64,000 bases of DNA from a virus. Its lineage: Duplodnaviria; Caudoviricetes. The notes beneath the pieces are model-generated. The model saw nothing but the letters and a program-made list of their open reading frames with translations, made no database searches and was not told where the DNA came from. The position numbers were made by a program, and so were the translations under genes. This document shows positions 9,167-20,642 of this stretch, piece after piece (position 1 is the first letter of the stretch; each line of letters begins with the position of its first letter). The DNA lies in IMG/VR virus record IMGVR_UViG_3300021387_003827, positions 64,001 to 128,000 of that record, one strand, 5' to 3'.

Positions 9167-10614
9167 AAACATTACAAGAATACAAGGATATTTATTCTGG
9201 TATTGCTTCCGAACTTGGAATAAGGGGAGACAGCGTTGAAGTATTGGTCGGATTACTGGCTAATGCTTCTTATATTTCTGAGGTTGAGAATGCTGTGTAT
9301 ATGAGGGAAGCATCATTAGGTAAGGCCACACTCTCTAATTCAAAGATTCAGAAATGTATGGATCAGATGTACTCGGTGTATCGTGGTGCTTGTCCAAGAA
9401 TTATACTTCATGTCAGATTTAAAACCTCTACAACCATTAAAAGATACGATGAAATAGTGTCTTCAAATAATTTCAAGGTATATTTTGATCTGGCCTGGAA
9501 TGGAAATGAGGAGCCGGAAAGTGGAGTACCTCTGTTGGAGAATTTTACCTTAGATATGATTCAACCTTCTCCTATGTCAGATTATTATATCTTAGGGTTT
9601 ATAGCTCCAAAGGTAGAAGAGATATCAGGATTTACATTATCTCCCACCCAGTTCTTTGTATCTACATCTGCCGACCAGGTTAATCTCTCGGCCGACATGT
9701 ATCTGATAGATGATAACTCTAAGGAAAGTATTGACGTAACAAGATCTTTCGGAGAGCATGTAAGAAGTGAGGGGAAGACTGTATTTGATCTTACGACTAC
9801 TTCTTTTGGATCAAGATTATATTTCACCCCTGGAGGAGATTCTAAGACATACACAGCACGATATTTTGTATATTCTCTTCTCTCTGATTATAATCCTGCG
9901 GAGCTTAGGAAAATTAAAATCAAAGATACGGACTCAATTCCTATTTCAGATTCAGATCCTTGGGCTTCTCGAAGAGGTGGTGTGGAAACAGAAAATGGTA
10001 TAGTTTTCATAGATTCCACACAAAGGGATTCTATGGACCAAATTCACTATCTCGCATCAAAGCAAAGATATACAAACCAAGTTATAAGGTCTAATTCGGA
10101 TATTTCAACTGTCCTAAAGAATGATGAAACAATAGGAAAATATATAAAACAGGTGACTTATCGTTTTGAATCGTCCCCTACACAAAGTGTTCTAAGTATA
10201 TATTATGTTCCATCTGAGGAGGGTGAAATTCCTGAAGAGAAAAAGGAAGAGTGGATAGCAGATGATTCTAAGAAGGCATATTTTGTTACTAATGATATAC
10301 GCTTGGAGACTGGAGATGAATACAAAGCTCAATTTAATATAAACCTTGTGATATATCGAGATCAATCGGCTGGTACAATTGGCGAAGATGTGTCAAAGAT
10401 ACTCAGACAATACGAAGATAAATTTGATATTGACTTTGATATCTTAGAAGAAGAAATTAAGGCTCATATATCAAAAATCTCTGCTGTCAAGAGTATTAAA
10501 GATTATTCCGTTCAATATTTTCATTCCGGGGCGCTATCTCCAAAACCAAATATCGGTGCTACAATTCCACCATATTTTGAAATTGAACTTAGATTAAATA
10601 TGATATTGTCATGA
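9163..10614 (+). CDS. baseplate wedge protein, gp6/gpJ-like
   Basis: N-terminal VLVGLLA..SY..E......REASL.KA pattern like gp6; synteny. Confidence 0.55.
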   Translation: MKTLQEYKDIYSGIASELGIRGDSVEVLVGLLANASYISEVENAVYMREASLGKATLSNSKIQKCMDQMYSVYRGACPRIILHVRFKTSTTIKRYDEIVSSNNFKVYFDLAWNGNEEPESGVPLLENFTLDMIQPSPMSDYYILGFIAPKVEEISGFTLSPTQFFVSTSADQVNLSADMYLIDDNSKESIDVTRSFGEHVRSEGKTVFDLTTTSFGSRLYFTPGGDSKTYTARYFVYSLLSDYNPAELRKIKIKDTDSIPISDSDPWASRRGGVETENGIVFIDSTQRDSMDQIHYLASKQRYTNQVIRSNSDISTVLKNDETIGKYIKQVTYRFESSPTQSVLSIYYVPSEEGEIPEEKKEEWIADDSKKAYFVTNDIRLETGDEYKAQFNINLVIYRDQSAGTIGEDVSKILRQYEDKFDIDFDILEEEIKAHISKISAVKSIKDYSVQYFHSGALSPKPNIGATIPPYFEIELRLNMILS

Positions 10615-11126
10615 TAAAGATATATGTACCCAAGCATCTTAGAAATCTTGAGATAGTAGATCAGATGTGTAGGATGATAGATGAATATGTTTCTAGGGGA
10701 GATCAAGATAGTGGGGAAGATAGTTTTAGTGATTATAATTCATATCTCTCCTCTGATCCCGTTCTAGAATTTATTGACTATATATATCCAGAGTCTGATA
10801 ACAGGGAAGATGAGATTATGTATCTGACTAATTATTTTTACTGTCTTAAGGGAACTCGTGAGGTTATAGATTCTATGTCTAAATATCTCCCACTTGAAGT
10901 AGAGGGTACATATTCGGTATCATCTCTTACATTAAGAATAGTTCCCTCAGGCATTACTGTAGATCAGACACGATTTAGGGAGCTTCTTAATGAGTTTCTT
11001 AGAAGTCTTTTATACTTTGGTGAAATTCAATCTGAGGCTGCATCTGTTCCATTAGATATAGACAGCACTATTGAAAAGGTAGTATATGTTTATGAGTTAA
11101 CAAGTTGGAAAGAATATAAATTATGA
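10611..11126 (+). CDS. putative baseplate wedge protein (gp7/gpI-like)
   Basis: FY.LKGT motif; follows the gp6-like gene. Confidence 0.45.
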   Translation: MIKIYVPKHLRNLEIVDQMCRMIDEYVSRGDQDSGEDSFSDYNSYLSSDPVLEFIDYIYPESDNREDEIMYLTNYFYCLKGTREVIDSMSKYLPLEVEGTYSVSSLTLRIVPSGITVDQTRFRELLNEFLRSLLYFGEIQSEAASVPLDIDSTIEKVVYVYELTSWKEYKL

Positions 11127-12721
11127 CGATTACTGAATTTGGTAATTATAATAGTATACGTAAAATTGAATTCTATGATTCAAATTCTGCCTGGCTGTCT
11201 ACTCAATTCTACTGTGGAACTCTAGATTCTGGCCTTATTGATTTCATAGAATACAAGTATATATATCATCCGGAAAGAGGTGATATATTAAACAAAATTG
11301 ATCTTCCATCACTTCTTCCACAAAATAGCAGTGATATAGAAAATTTTGATATTCCAGAAGAAGAGGCAGAGAAATTGAATTATATATTTCCAACGGAGTC
11401 TTCAGGAAATATTGACTATAATTTATTCTTTGGTTCTATAGATAAAGTCGAGCAGAAATTATATATCATTAGGGTTTCCGGAAAAGTAAAAATAATGAAA
11501 CTCTATAATGAGAGGCTTGAACATTTCGGAACCATAGAGTTTTCTCCTTTTAGTGATAGAGATGGATATTTTTCCTCACGACTTCTTCTTATAATTCAAA
11601 CTCCGACAGAACTTAGTGTTGAGAATCTTGGATATGACTTATGGATATATCGATCTTTAGATTCAGAGCAAAATAAAAAGAATTATGATGTTGCAATGAA
11701 TGATCTTGGCCCTGAATCTATTCTCTATAATCCAAAGAACACAGATATTATGTTTGATGCCACTTCTGATACTCTTCTTGGACTTAGGAAATCAACATCA
11801 TCTCCAATTCTTGATATGAAAAAGGTTCTATATATGAAGAGTACGTGGAAGCCTTGGTTTGTATATAAGAAAGGGGAGAAAGTAGAGTATAATGGAGAGG
11901 AGTGGATTTCATTAGATGACAATAATAACGAGACTCCAGATTATTCTTCTAAGTGGGTTTTATCATCTAGGGCAGGGAATCCATTAAATTATAGAATTCT
12001 TGTATCTACTTCTCCATATAATGCATCCAAAGTTGAACCATCCGGATATATAACCATGGAGCAAGGAGAAAAAGTAAGAATAGAAGTATCAGAGTATACA
12101 GCATATATATTCTCAGGACTATATTCTGCCGGACAAAAATTAACAGAGGGTGTGGATTATGTTTCTGGTATTGAGGAAAAGAGTGGAAATAGATATTATA
12201 TTGTAAATACTCCTCCCTCCGCCAATCTTATATTTAAGTATACAGAGAATCCAGACATTCATGTTACAAGAGAGTATACCGTAATAAAAAATGATGTGGC
12301 AGAATCATATACAACATCCCACGATATAGAAGTTCCAAGAGAATATTCTGTATCTAGAATATTGGCAGTATATACTCTTCCAGATGATTCAGAGAGAGAA
12401 GAAAATATAAATACGTCAGAACCAGTACGATATCTAGACGAATATGATCCAGGGTTTGCATATATTTCTGTAAGCATGAGAATTGTCCTTACCGGTAAAG
12501 TATGTACTGTTATACTTGAAACGCCTGACGAATTTATAGTAGATGCTCCCATACAATATATACAATATGGTGGAGATGTTACATTCAGATTATATTCTCA
12601 TACCGGAAGAGTGCCACAACTTCAATCTACCTTAGCTACATTGAGTGGACCAGATTCTGAGGGAATATATACGGTCTCTGCTACAAGAATAATGAATGAC
12701 TTAACTATTAAGGTTGTATAA
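11123..12721 (+). CDS. virion protein with carbohydrate-binding (ChtBD3/CBM5-12-like) motif
   Basis: WKPWFVYKKGEKVEYNGEEW...TPDYSSKW motif. Confidence 0.5.
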   Translation: MTITEFGNYNSIRKIEFYDSNSAWLSTQFYCGTLDSGLIDFIEYKYIYHPERGDILNKIDLPSLLPQNSSDIENFDIPEEEAEKLNYIFPTESSGNIDYNLFFGSIDKVEQKLYIIRVSGKVKIMKLYNERLEHFGTIEFSPFSDRDGYFSSRLLLIIQTPTELSVENLGYDLWIYRSLDSEQNKKNYDVAMNDLGPESILYNPKNTDIMFDATSDTLLGLRKSTSSPILDMKKVLYMKSTWKPWFVYKKGEKVEYNGEEWISLDDNNNETPDYSSKWVLSSRAGNPLNYRILVSTSPYNASKVEPSGYITMEQGEKVRIEVSEYTAYIFSGLYSAGQKLTEGVDYVSGIEEKSGNRYYIVNTPPSANLIFKYTENPDIHVTREYTVIKNDVAESYTTSHDIEVPREYSVSRILAVYTLPDDSEREENINTSEPVRYLDEYDPGFAYISVSMRIVLTGKVCTVILETPDEFIVDAPIQYIQYGGDVTFRLYSHTGRVPQLQSTLATLSGPDSEGIYTVSATRIMNDLTIKVV

Positions 12722-12723
12722 AT

Positions 12724-13653
12724 ATGAAAATCAATAATACAAGTGTCCAGGGAATATTTAAATATAACCCTTCCTTGGAATATGAAACCGGAGACTTTGT
12801 TATCCTCGAAGACAATACATTATGGGTAGCTAAGAAGGATGTTCCAGTCGGTGGTGATAAAGATGAGTACTTCGAACCATACCTTTCATCTAAAGTCTTG
12901 ACTATGGAAGAATATCAGGATGAGGAGAAAGATGGATTTATGAGTGCAGCCCTAGCGTATGAAGTTCTTGAATCAATGATGTTTGGGGTTACAACAACTG
13001 GTCTTAGTAATCCGCTGGAGTATAATCATCTATCTCCAGACGAACTTATGACTAGGAAAAATATAAACAACGCTATTGTTCATTTTCCAAGATCTACGTT
13101 TAAAAGTATTCTCTCAGAACAGGAGGGAAGTGATATTTTCATTCATCAGTATGCTTATAAGGTGGCATCTACGGGGAATACTATTAAAGTACAAGTAATG
13201 ATTGATCCGGAAGAGAGGACGATTCGACTTAGATCATATCTTGATAATCAAATAACTCCATGGACAGCATCATTAACCTCCACAACAAAAGAATTGGCAG
13301 AGATGGTAGAGGCTATTCAAACCTATTATACGGCCAGAGTGGAGGAACTTGATAATATTGTCAGGAGGTTTGATGATTATATATTACTTCAGAAGATTAA
13401 TGCCTCTGGTGTGGGGACTGGACAAGTAACTGGGACATTTAACGGTGACTACTATATAATGTTAACGTATACACCAGAAGGATCCTCAGTCTCAGAACAG
13501 TATAGCTTAGTTGTTGATACCTCATATATTCAGTCAAATCCGCTTTATATTCAAACCGGACCACTTCTTGTAAAAATAACTACCTCTTCAATAATGGTTT
13601 CTGGTCCGGCAACGGGTTCTTCGATTATATCGGGGGTATATTCAATTAATTAG
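12724..13653 (+). CDS. hypothetical virion protein
   Basis: 309 aa; N-terminal YNPSLEYETGDFV CBM-like motif. Confidence 0.55.
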   Translation: MKINNTSVQGIFKYNPSLEYETGDFVILEDNTLWVAKKDVPVGGDKDEYFEPYLSSKVLTMEEYQDEEKDGFMSAALAYEVLESMMFGVTTTGLSNPLEYNHLSPDELMTRKNINNAIVHFPRSTFKSILSEQEGSDIFIHQYAYKVASTGNTIKVQVMIDPEERTIRLRSYLDNQITPWTASLTSTTKELAEMVEAIQTYYTARVEELDNIVRRFDDYILLQKINASGVGTGQVTGTFNGDYYIMLTYTPEGSSVSEQYSLVVDTSYIQSNPLYIQTGPLLVKITTSSIMVSGPATGSSIISGVYSIN

Positions 13654-13655
13654 TT

Positions 13656-14429
13656 ATGAGACTTACGGCAATAAATACTGAGAATACTGACATAAATATA
13701 AAAGAGAAAGATTTATATATAGGCGAAGAAAATCTTATTCATTCCCCATTGTCTATCTTCCGACCTATCCGAAAATCTGAATTTAAAAACCTTCTTCGCT
13801 CTCGGGCATGGAATAAAGATATGTGCGTTGTATATAGTGATGGTGCATATTATCTGGGAATTTACAGAGACGGCTATTTTCCCTCTGGAGATATAGACTA
13901 TTTCAGTGAAGAGGAGATAGAAAAGGCTAAGGAATTTAAGATTGAGAGGGAGGATAGTTCTGATGATACCTATACCGGGAAGATTAAGGATGCATATGCT
14001 GAGATTCTTGGTGGAAAATATGGTAAAGACGATGACGATGGAAATCTTGATCCAAAGGAAGATTACTCGGAGGCAGAACAATTTATTAGTACCTGGTCCG
14101 ACCGGCAATATATTCGTCCGATAACCCAAGAATCTTATGTCAATTATATAAATCTTAACCCGTACATTCTCTTAGGACCTGGGATATATTGTGATGCATT
14201 TATATCAATCCTATATTCCATTGGGGGAGAGGTATGTCAGAGAAATAACTTAATGTCTATATATTCATGTGATTCTTCTGGTGAATTATCTATAAAGAAT
14301 ACATGTAATAGTATAGGTTCAGATATTAGAGTAGATTTTATGAATGGTGTTTTACAAGCTAATTCATTACATAATAAAATCGAAGAGTGTGTAATAAATC
14401 GATGTAGATTAATATATGGAAGAAAATAA
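13656..14429 (+). CDS. hypothetical protein
   Basis: 257-aa ORF in a tightly packed operon. Confidence 0.6.
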   Translation: MRLTAINTENTDINIKEKDLYIGEENLIHSPLSIFRPIRKSEFKNLLRSRAWNKDMCVVYSDGAYYLGIYRDGYFPSGDIDYFSEEEIEKAKEFKIEREDSSDDTYTGKIKDAYAEILGGKYGKDDDDGNLDPKEDYSEAEQFISTWSDRQYIRPITQESYVNYINLNPYILLGPGIYCDAFISILYSIGGEVCQRNNLMSIYSCDSSGELSIKNTCNSIGSDIRVDFMNGVLQANSLHNKIEECVINRCRLIYGRK

Positions 14430-15840
14430 CGTATCTCAGGGATATTATACTTATATCCTTGGAACAGTAGAAGAAATAAACCAGTGTCTTAGGATTGCAG
14501 TATATAATCGGAGAGCGTTTGACCAGATATCACTATACAATATAAACGAAATATATAATAGTCTGGGGGATGCTAAAATAGAATTAACCAGGAATGATAT
14601 ATCGTCTCCCTTCGAATATATAATTGGTGACCTAGAAAGTGGATTTAATGTTATAATATATCTTTCCGAGTATTCAATTCCTCTAGGATATACTGAATTT
14701 TATAGTGATCAAGGCACTGAATTTAGCGTAAATATTACTATAGGGCTACAGGATACTATTTCTGTTCAAGATAATGTTACTATAAATTTAGATCTTTCAA
14801 AGTACCTGCGGGGAACTGGAGATACATATAGACAATTTACCGGAAAGACTTTTAAAAGTATTTCAGACATTCTTGAAGAAAAGATTAAGAAAGACTTTAT
14901 TTATACGTCGGATCTTACAAATCATAAAAATATAATATATCAGGGTATAAGATCTAGTATAAATAATGAACTTTATGGTCTATATATAACAAGAGATGTA
15001 GATATAGATCCTAAGAAAATTGGATATAATAACTATAACTTTGGATTTAAGGGAAATGATATTGTTCTTTATTCTTGGACTTCTGAGGGGAAATATAGGG
15101 CTACTTCATTAACTAAGAATGATATTTTCGGTAATCCTCTACAATATTCTGCCGGAGAGTATACAGGAGATATTCAATATATGTCCGGTAGATATATCAT
15201 TGGGAACGACAGAATTTATAATTATCTGACGAAAGAGGAGACCTTGGGAGAATATATAATTGACCAACAGGATTGGACAGGAAAGGTAATCAAACATCCC
15301 GACTCTCTTGAATCTTATGAAGAAGTTATAGTAGATATTCCAGATCTTAAGAATATCTATATAGATCTTAAAACATTTATGAGCTATCAAACATTAAAAA
15401 TACATAGAAAAATTGGATCTTGGTGGATTTTAGAGCATACAGAAAGAGGTAGAAAAGCTTATGCAGTGACCGATTCTCGTGCCCTGATTTATATGACAAA
15501 AGAGGAAGTTTCTAATCTCTTTGTTATAAACTCAGGATCACTTCTTGTTAAAAATCAAGATACGTATAATTTATATATGATAGATAGCCCAGGATATTAT
15601 ATAACAGAATCTACAAAAAAATATATGAAAAATTCAAGTGGTTCATGGCAGCTTCCAAAGTACGTAAAATCTAAAAGCTTGCTCCAAGATCCATTTGAAA
15701 TAAAAGTTGGTGATGATCTATATAAGACTATGTTGTTTAATTATAGAATCGGACCGTATATAAACACAGTTCCTAATTTTATAGGCTCGATGTGTGGAGT
15801 ATTATTTTATAAAGAGGGTGATAATTTATTCTACTTATGA
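14416..15840 (+). CDS. hypothetical protein
   Basis: 474-aa ORF overlapping its neighbours. Confidence 0.65.
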   Translation: MEENNVSQGYYTYILGTVEEINQCLRIAVYNRRAFDQISLYNINEIYNSLGDAKIELTRNDISSPFEYIIGDLESGFNVIIYLSEYSIPLGYTEFYSDQGTEFSVNITIGLQDTISVQDNVTINLDLSKYLRGTGDTYRQFTGKTFKSISDILEEKIKKDFIYTSDLTNHKNIIYQGIRSSINNELYGLYITRDVDIDPKKIGYNNYNFGFKGNDIVLYSWTSEGKYRATSLTKNDIFGNPLQYSAGEYTGDIQYMSGRYIIGNDRIYNYLTKEETLGEYIIDQQDWTGKVIKHPDSLESYEEVIVDIPDLKNIYIDLKTFMSYQTLKIHRKIGSWWILEHTERGRKAYAVTDSRALIYMTKEEVSNLFVINSGSLLVKNQDTYNLYMIDSPGYYITESTKKYMKNSSGSWQLPKYVKSKSLLQDPFEIKVGDDLYKTMLFNYRIGPYINTVPNFIGSMCGVLFYKEGDNLFYL

Positions 15841-18800
15841 TATCAGTAAATCTTTTAAAAGAAAATGAGCTCTTAGAGGTAGACGACGTTATTACTCTAA
15901 GAAGCTATAATACCGAAACTGGGGTAAGTAAAAAACCTTTATCCGGGGTTTGGAATGGTGAGAAAAAAGAATTAACCTTGTGTATTCATGGATCTGTAAC
16001 TCCTGTTGAGGATACAAAATGGATAAAAATCTATGATACAAAAGACGAAGAGTTTTTAAGAATAGAGAGTTCAGAAAATATAAATCTTGTCAATATTAAT
16101 CTTTTTACTATAACGCTCGGAACTGGAAAAGGGAGAATAGAATTTGAAAATGAATCGGAGAATAAGAAATTTCTAGAGGACTTTGGAACTGCTCTTGGAG
16201 ACAACTTATATATTCCCTATGATAATCCTGAATCCCACTTGGCCCTGAAGAAACCAGCCTATAGATACTACAGAATTGAAAGTGTGTCTTCTCCGGAAAT
16301 GACTCTTGGATTTAAGCACTTAGATCCACGTACCGGAGAAGTGAAAGATCAATATATTTTACGAACATACTCAAATCTTGAAATAACTTGTGAAGGAGCG
16401 GAAGGTGATATTAGATTAGGACTTCCGATAGAGGGTGGAGTTATAGATATTCAAGGAACTGCAGAATATACAGATTATCTTATCATAGATGGTAAGATAA
16501 AAAATGTTGTTGGAACAGGGATTCTTAGTATATCCGAAATTCCTTCTTTTAGAATTTCCGAGGTATCTAATAATGGATTTAGATATAAGACCCACGGGAC
16601 AAGATTGGAATATTTATTTCCAGAGGATGGAATAAAGAGGCCCGTTCTTGTTATCCGAGGTACTGTGATGTATGAAGACATAAATGGAGACCCTATCACA
16701 GTTTCTTCTGATACTATGACCTTGTATCAAACTAAGGCTATCTCAATGTGGGAAATAAGAAATTCTACGACGGATTTCTATAATAGTTCTGAGACGACCT
16801 ATAATGAGGAGAGTAGCTATGTTAAGGATGGGTTGCGTGTGTATATTTTCCAATGGGATTCTTACTCAAATAATGATACCCACTCCTTTGATATATGTAT
16901 AAATCTTCAGCCTAAAACTCCAAAGATAACTTATAGTATTGATTCAAGGTATGGTTCTTCAGAATCCGCCGAAGATATATTCAATGAGTGGTTTAAAGTT
17001 GAATGTGGAGAGTGGGAAGATCCAGAAGGACAGAGACATTTCGAACTCCCTGTTACAATTACCGCACGGAAAAATTGGACAGGAGATACTAAACCATATT
17101 GGGCACCGTATTATAATGATAAAGGTCTTCTTGTCAAGGTTTCAATTGAGATAGAAGATATTGGTACGGAATCCTTCTATGTAATTATGTCTCCAAACCC
17201 TAATGTAACATATTCATCAACTTGGTATGCAAAAGATAATAAATTCTATACCAGTAATCCAACTACAATAACCGCCGAGCTTAGTGAAACAGTACAGTTA
17301 GAAGACGTATCAGAGTATTATGTGGGAATCACTGGGTCTACGCAGAAATATTCATACTGGAGAGTTTTATCAGCGGCCGGAGATACAGATTATTCGGTTA
17401 AGAATGACTACAATGAATATGCTTGGGGAAGTATTCCAGGTACTCAACCTCCATTTAGTGTGGGTGAAAAAATAAATCTTCTTCACTTGATCTGGGGAAA
17501 TGAAACTGGTATTAAGGATTATAAGATTATACTTGGTTTATATACAGATGTACAAGAAGCTAATCATGTTAAATATTATCACCCTGAGACATACAGCTGT
17601 ACACATTGGGATCTTATTGGCTCTACACCAACGCAGAGAATAACAATACAGAAAAGATTTGAAAATAGTATAGTTGAAGTAAAATCCTATGACTCTTCTT
17701 ATATGGATTATGGAAGAGGCGGTATAATAGCTTCGTCAGGTAGGTTTGATTTTGGTGAGGTAGGACTAAGACACATCACTTTTTCTACTAATACAGACTT
17801 TATTCTATCGGCAGAAGTTGCATCTGACATAGATACTACATATGATGGAAATGATTTCCAATATATGAAGGATAGGATTGAGTTTGTTTATATAGATCCA
17901 GTAACGGGAGAAGAATCAAGTGAAGTAACTTTAACAGAGGAAGAAAAGTCTAGTCTTTCTCCAGAAAATCCGACCGTAGATAAAGTAGTTACTGTAAGGT
18001 TTAAGTATAATTTATCTGCAAGATTTCCCAAAAGTGATTATTGGGACGAAAGTCCAGAAGTATATTATAAAAAATTTGGTTGGCTTTATATAAAAACAGA
18101 GTTATCTGGAACTTGGAATACTTTTAAGAAATTTGATCTCTGGTGGAAATGGATAAAACCAGAATATAGAATAGTTAATGGAGATGGGTTTATGAGAATC
18201 TATGGCACATCTTTCTCCAGGGAAACCGAGTTTTCCGGCTACACTCCTGGTGGTGGTACTTCATATGTAACTGCAAGGAATAACCATAATGATGAAATTA
18301 GATTTTATTCAAATGTAACTCCAAAGATTATTTATGTAGATAAATCTCCCGAAGGGTATCCAGAAGGAAATTTTGTACAGGGAGTTCTTAAGATAGAAAA
18401 CTTAAGAAGTTCGGATAAGTCTTTATACTCATACTCAGATTATTCAGTAAACTATAATTATTCATATTCAACTGCTTCTGTTCCTACAGCTATTCAAAAC
18501 TTTAAAGATGCATTCCCAAAAATTGTGGCCGGTCTTAGTCCAATTCCAATAACTGCCTTTGGATCTGTTCGTTTCTTATCAATGTGGGGTAGAGATGGTA
18601 CGGACTTCATATCAAATTATCTCTATGTTGTACCAAAACCCATAGAATTTATAATACACGATGAAGTTAGTACTCACATGGAATCCGGAAAGATAGTAGC
18701 GTATCTTGGCATCGCCAGTGGATATCCGGGAGGGGAAACTGGTATTTGGGCAGAATATGGTAAGAGCGACTTTGAAGTTCTTGAGTCAATGATAGATGAT

Positions 18801-20642
18801 CAAACAGGAGGTATAGAACTCGTAGATAGTGTACGATATAATGGTATTACTAATGGTATAGAGCCAGAGTTTGTGGCTTCTGAAGACAGAAATTATTATG
18901 CTAAAGTATCGTATAATCTTCATGGAATAAAGAAGGATGGAGTAAATAAATTAACAACCGACAATGGAACGCCAGAATTTTTATCTCAGGATCAACTTGA
19001 TGACCTGACTGGTTCTTCTTCTGGTATTTTCTACATATATCCTCCAAAGCGTCCCTTAGATATATATACAAATGATTATGGTGGAAACTATACTATCTTA
19101 AGTCCAGGAGAATTTACGTATATTGTCCAACCAAAAGTAGCGTTAAACATGGTTGGGTATACGTGGAGATATCCCATGACTGAAACTGGAACCGTGGTGG
19201 GATTTGGTGATTATACTTATGAGAATTTTCAACTTCAATGTAATACGCCGCCACATGAGAACGTGTTTAGTGTAGGTCCTGCCACGATTGTAACTCCTTT
19301 TGGACAAATTTCTGGAGATTATGGTCTTGGTCCTCTTGATCCGGATAGTGAAGTCTTAGATACCTTTAAGTATGAGTATGATGATCCAGATTCGAAAGGG
19401 TCTGCTAAAGCTGTGATTTCCGCCGAGCTTAATTATGTTTATCATGACCCTCATGGTTGGGATACAGAGGTTTCTGGTACTGCGACGGGTATATATAGAA
19501 TACCTCATATTTATGATTCATTACAGGTAACCTCCTCAAGCATACTTATACCAACTGGTGTATATCTTGGAAATATAGATACCACCACGGGGAGAAATGT
19601 TGTTACTGTCAATGTTCCAGCGACGGATTATAGGTGTAGTATTACTGTTTCTAATCTTCTCTTAGATCAGGGATATAGAAAGGATACTCCTATGTATCCA
19701 TATATGACTTCTGATTATGAAGGAACTATTATCCAGAGACCTACCGAAAATAATTTTGTAGTTAATTTTGGCCTTAATACAACGACCCAGGAAAGAGTAA
19801 TTAATCTTCTGATCAAGTCTTATTATCAAGAATCTCTAGGGTATGGTTCTGAATTATTGATAAAGATAGTACAAGCCCCAGGTGGGAATATAGAGGATAG
19901 ATATAAATTCCTCTCCACTGGCCACTTTTATGATACTACAAACGACGATATTGTACAAGAATTGTCTATAAATGTAGACCCCGTTGATTTTCCTGGAACA
20001 GAGGCAATTGTAGATCTTGACGGAAATAGTCTTAGAAACTCCATTAGTACTGTCGGATCTGTAGCAACTCTTACGATATATGATATGAAAGTGGAGGAAA
20101 ATATGTCTGCTTCGCCTAGAAATCATACCCTTACTATTCAAGGATCTTCAGACGAACCAATCATAATTAACTTAGAACAAGGATATTTCTCCGTTGGTGT
20201 TGTAGAAGGAACATCTCTTGATAATGGTACTTTCAATATATTATCTTCGGATGACTACCATTTTAATACCAGAGAAGTAGATGCCAGATCTAGTAATGAG
20301 GATCGTCTCGTATATCTCATAGGATTTAAGTGGAATGATGCTAAAGGATCAAGAGAGGGAGTGTTTTCAGATCGTTCTTTATGGGAGGTATCACATTCTT
20401 GGTGGAGCATAACCCCTGAGGATAGTCTTTATAATTATGAAACATTAGTTATAAAAGATGATACTACTTATGAAGATCCAGGCATAGAGAATATATATAC
20501 AGCAAAAGAAGATTTTATATCTCAAAATATTGATTTTTATGTAAATACTTGGCTCAGTATTAGATGGCCATATCTAATTGATGGTTCTGTATTGAGTGTA
20601 AATAAAAACCTAAACTTTAGTTATATTAAGAAGAATGGATGA
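15837..20642 (+). CDS. large beta-rich virion protein with Ig-like/BACON-like segments
   Basis: 1601 aa. Segments such as NTTTQERVINLLIK..IKIVQ and NMSASPRNHTLTIQ..INLEQ resemble BACON domain ends. Confidence 0.55.
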   Translation: MISVNLLKENELLEVDDVITLRSYNTETGVSKKPLSGVWNGEKKELTLCIHGSVTPVEDTKWIKIYDTKDEEFLRIESSENINLVNINLFTITLGTGKGRIEFENESENKKFLEDFGTALGDNLYIPYDNPESHLALKKPAYRYYRIESVSSPEMTLGFKHLDPRTGEVKDQYILRTYSNLEITCEGAEGDIRLGLPIEGGVIDIQGTAEYTDYLIIDGKIKNVVGTGILSISEIPSFRISEVSNNGFRYKTHGTRLEYLFPEDGIKRPVLVIRGTVMYEDINGDPITVSSDTMTLYQTKAISMWEIRNSTTDFYNSSETTYNEESSYVKDGLRVYIFQWDSYSNNDTHSFDICINLQPKTPKITYSIDSRYGSSESAEDIFNEWFKVECGEWEDPEGQRHFELPVTITARKNWTGDTKPYWAPYYNDKGLLVKVSIEIEDIGTESFYVIMSPNPNVTYSSTWYAKDNKFYTSNPTTITAELSETVQLEDVSEYYVGITGSTQKYSYWRVLSAAGDTDYSVKNDYNEYAWGSIPGTQPPFSVGEKINLLHLIWGNETGIKDYKIILGLYTDVQEANHVKYYHPETYSCTHWDLIGSTPTQRITIQKRFENSIVEVKSYDSSYMDYGRGGIIASSGRFDFGEVGLRHITFSTNTDFILSAEVASDIDTTYDGNDFQYMKDRIEFVYIDPVTGEESSEVTLTEEEKSSLSPENPTVDKVVTVRFKYNLSARFPKSDYWDESPEVYYKKFGWLYIKTELSGTWNTFKKFDLWWKWIKPEYRIVNGDGFMRIYGTSFSRETEFSGYTPGGGTSYVTARNNHNDEIRFYSNVTPKIIYVDKSPEGYPEGNFVQGVLKIENLRSSDKSLYSYSDYSVNYNYSYSTASVPTAIQNFKDAFPKIVAGLSPIPITAFGSVRFLSMWGRDGTDFISNYLYVVPKPIEFIIHDEVSTHMESGKIVAYLGIASGYPGGETGIWAEYGKSDFEVLESMIDDQTGGIELVDSVRYNGITNGIEPEFVASEDRNYYAKVSYNLHGIKKDGVNKLTTDNGTPEFLSQDQLDDLTGSSSGIFYIYPPKRPLDIYTNDYGGNYTILSPGEFTYIVQPKVALNMVGYTWRYPMTETGTVVGFGDYTYENFQLQCNTPPHENVFSVGPATIVTPFGQISGDYGLGPLDPDSEVLDTFKYEYDDPDSKGSAKAVISAELNYVYHDPHGWDTEVSGTATGIYRIPHIYDSLQVTSSSILIPTGVYLGNIDTTTGRNVVTVNVPATDYRCSITVSNLLLDQGYRKDTPMYPYMTSDYEGTIIQRPTENNFVVNFGLNTTTQERVINLLIKSYYQESLGYGSELLIKIVQAPGGNIEDRYKFLSTGHFYDTTNDDIVQELSINVDPVDFPGTEAIVDLDGNSLRNSISTVGSVATLTIYDMKVEENMSASPRNHTLTIQGSSDEPIIINLEQGYFSVGVVEGTSLDNGTFNILSSDDYHFNTREVDARSSNEDRLVYLIGFKWNDAKGSREGVFSDRSLWEVSHSWWSITPEDSLYNYETLVIKDDTTYEDPGIENIYTAKEDFISQNIDFYVNTWLSIRWPYLIDGSVLSVNKNLNFSYIKKNG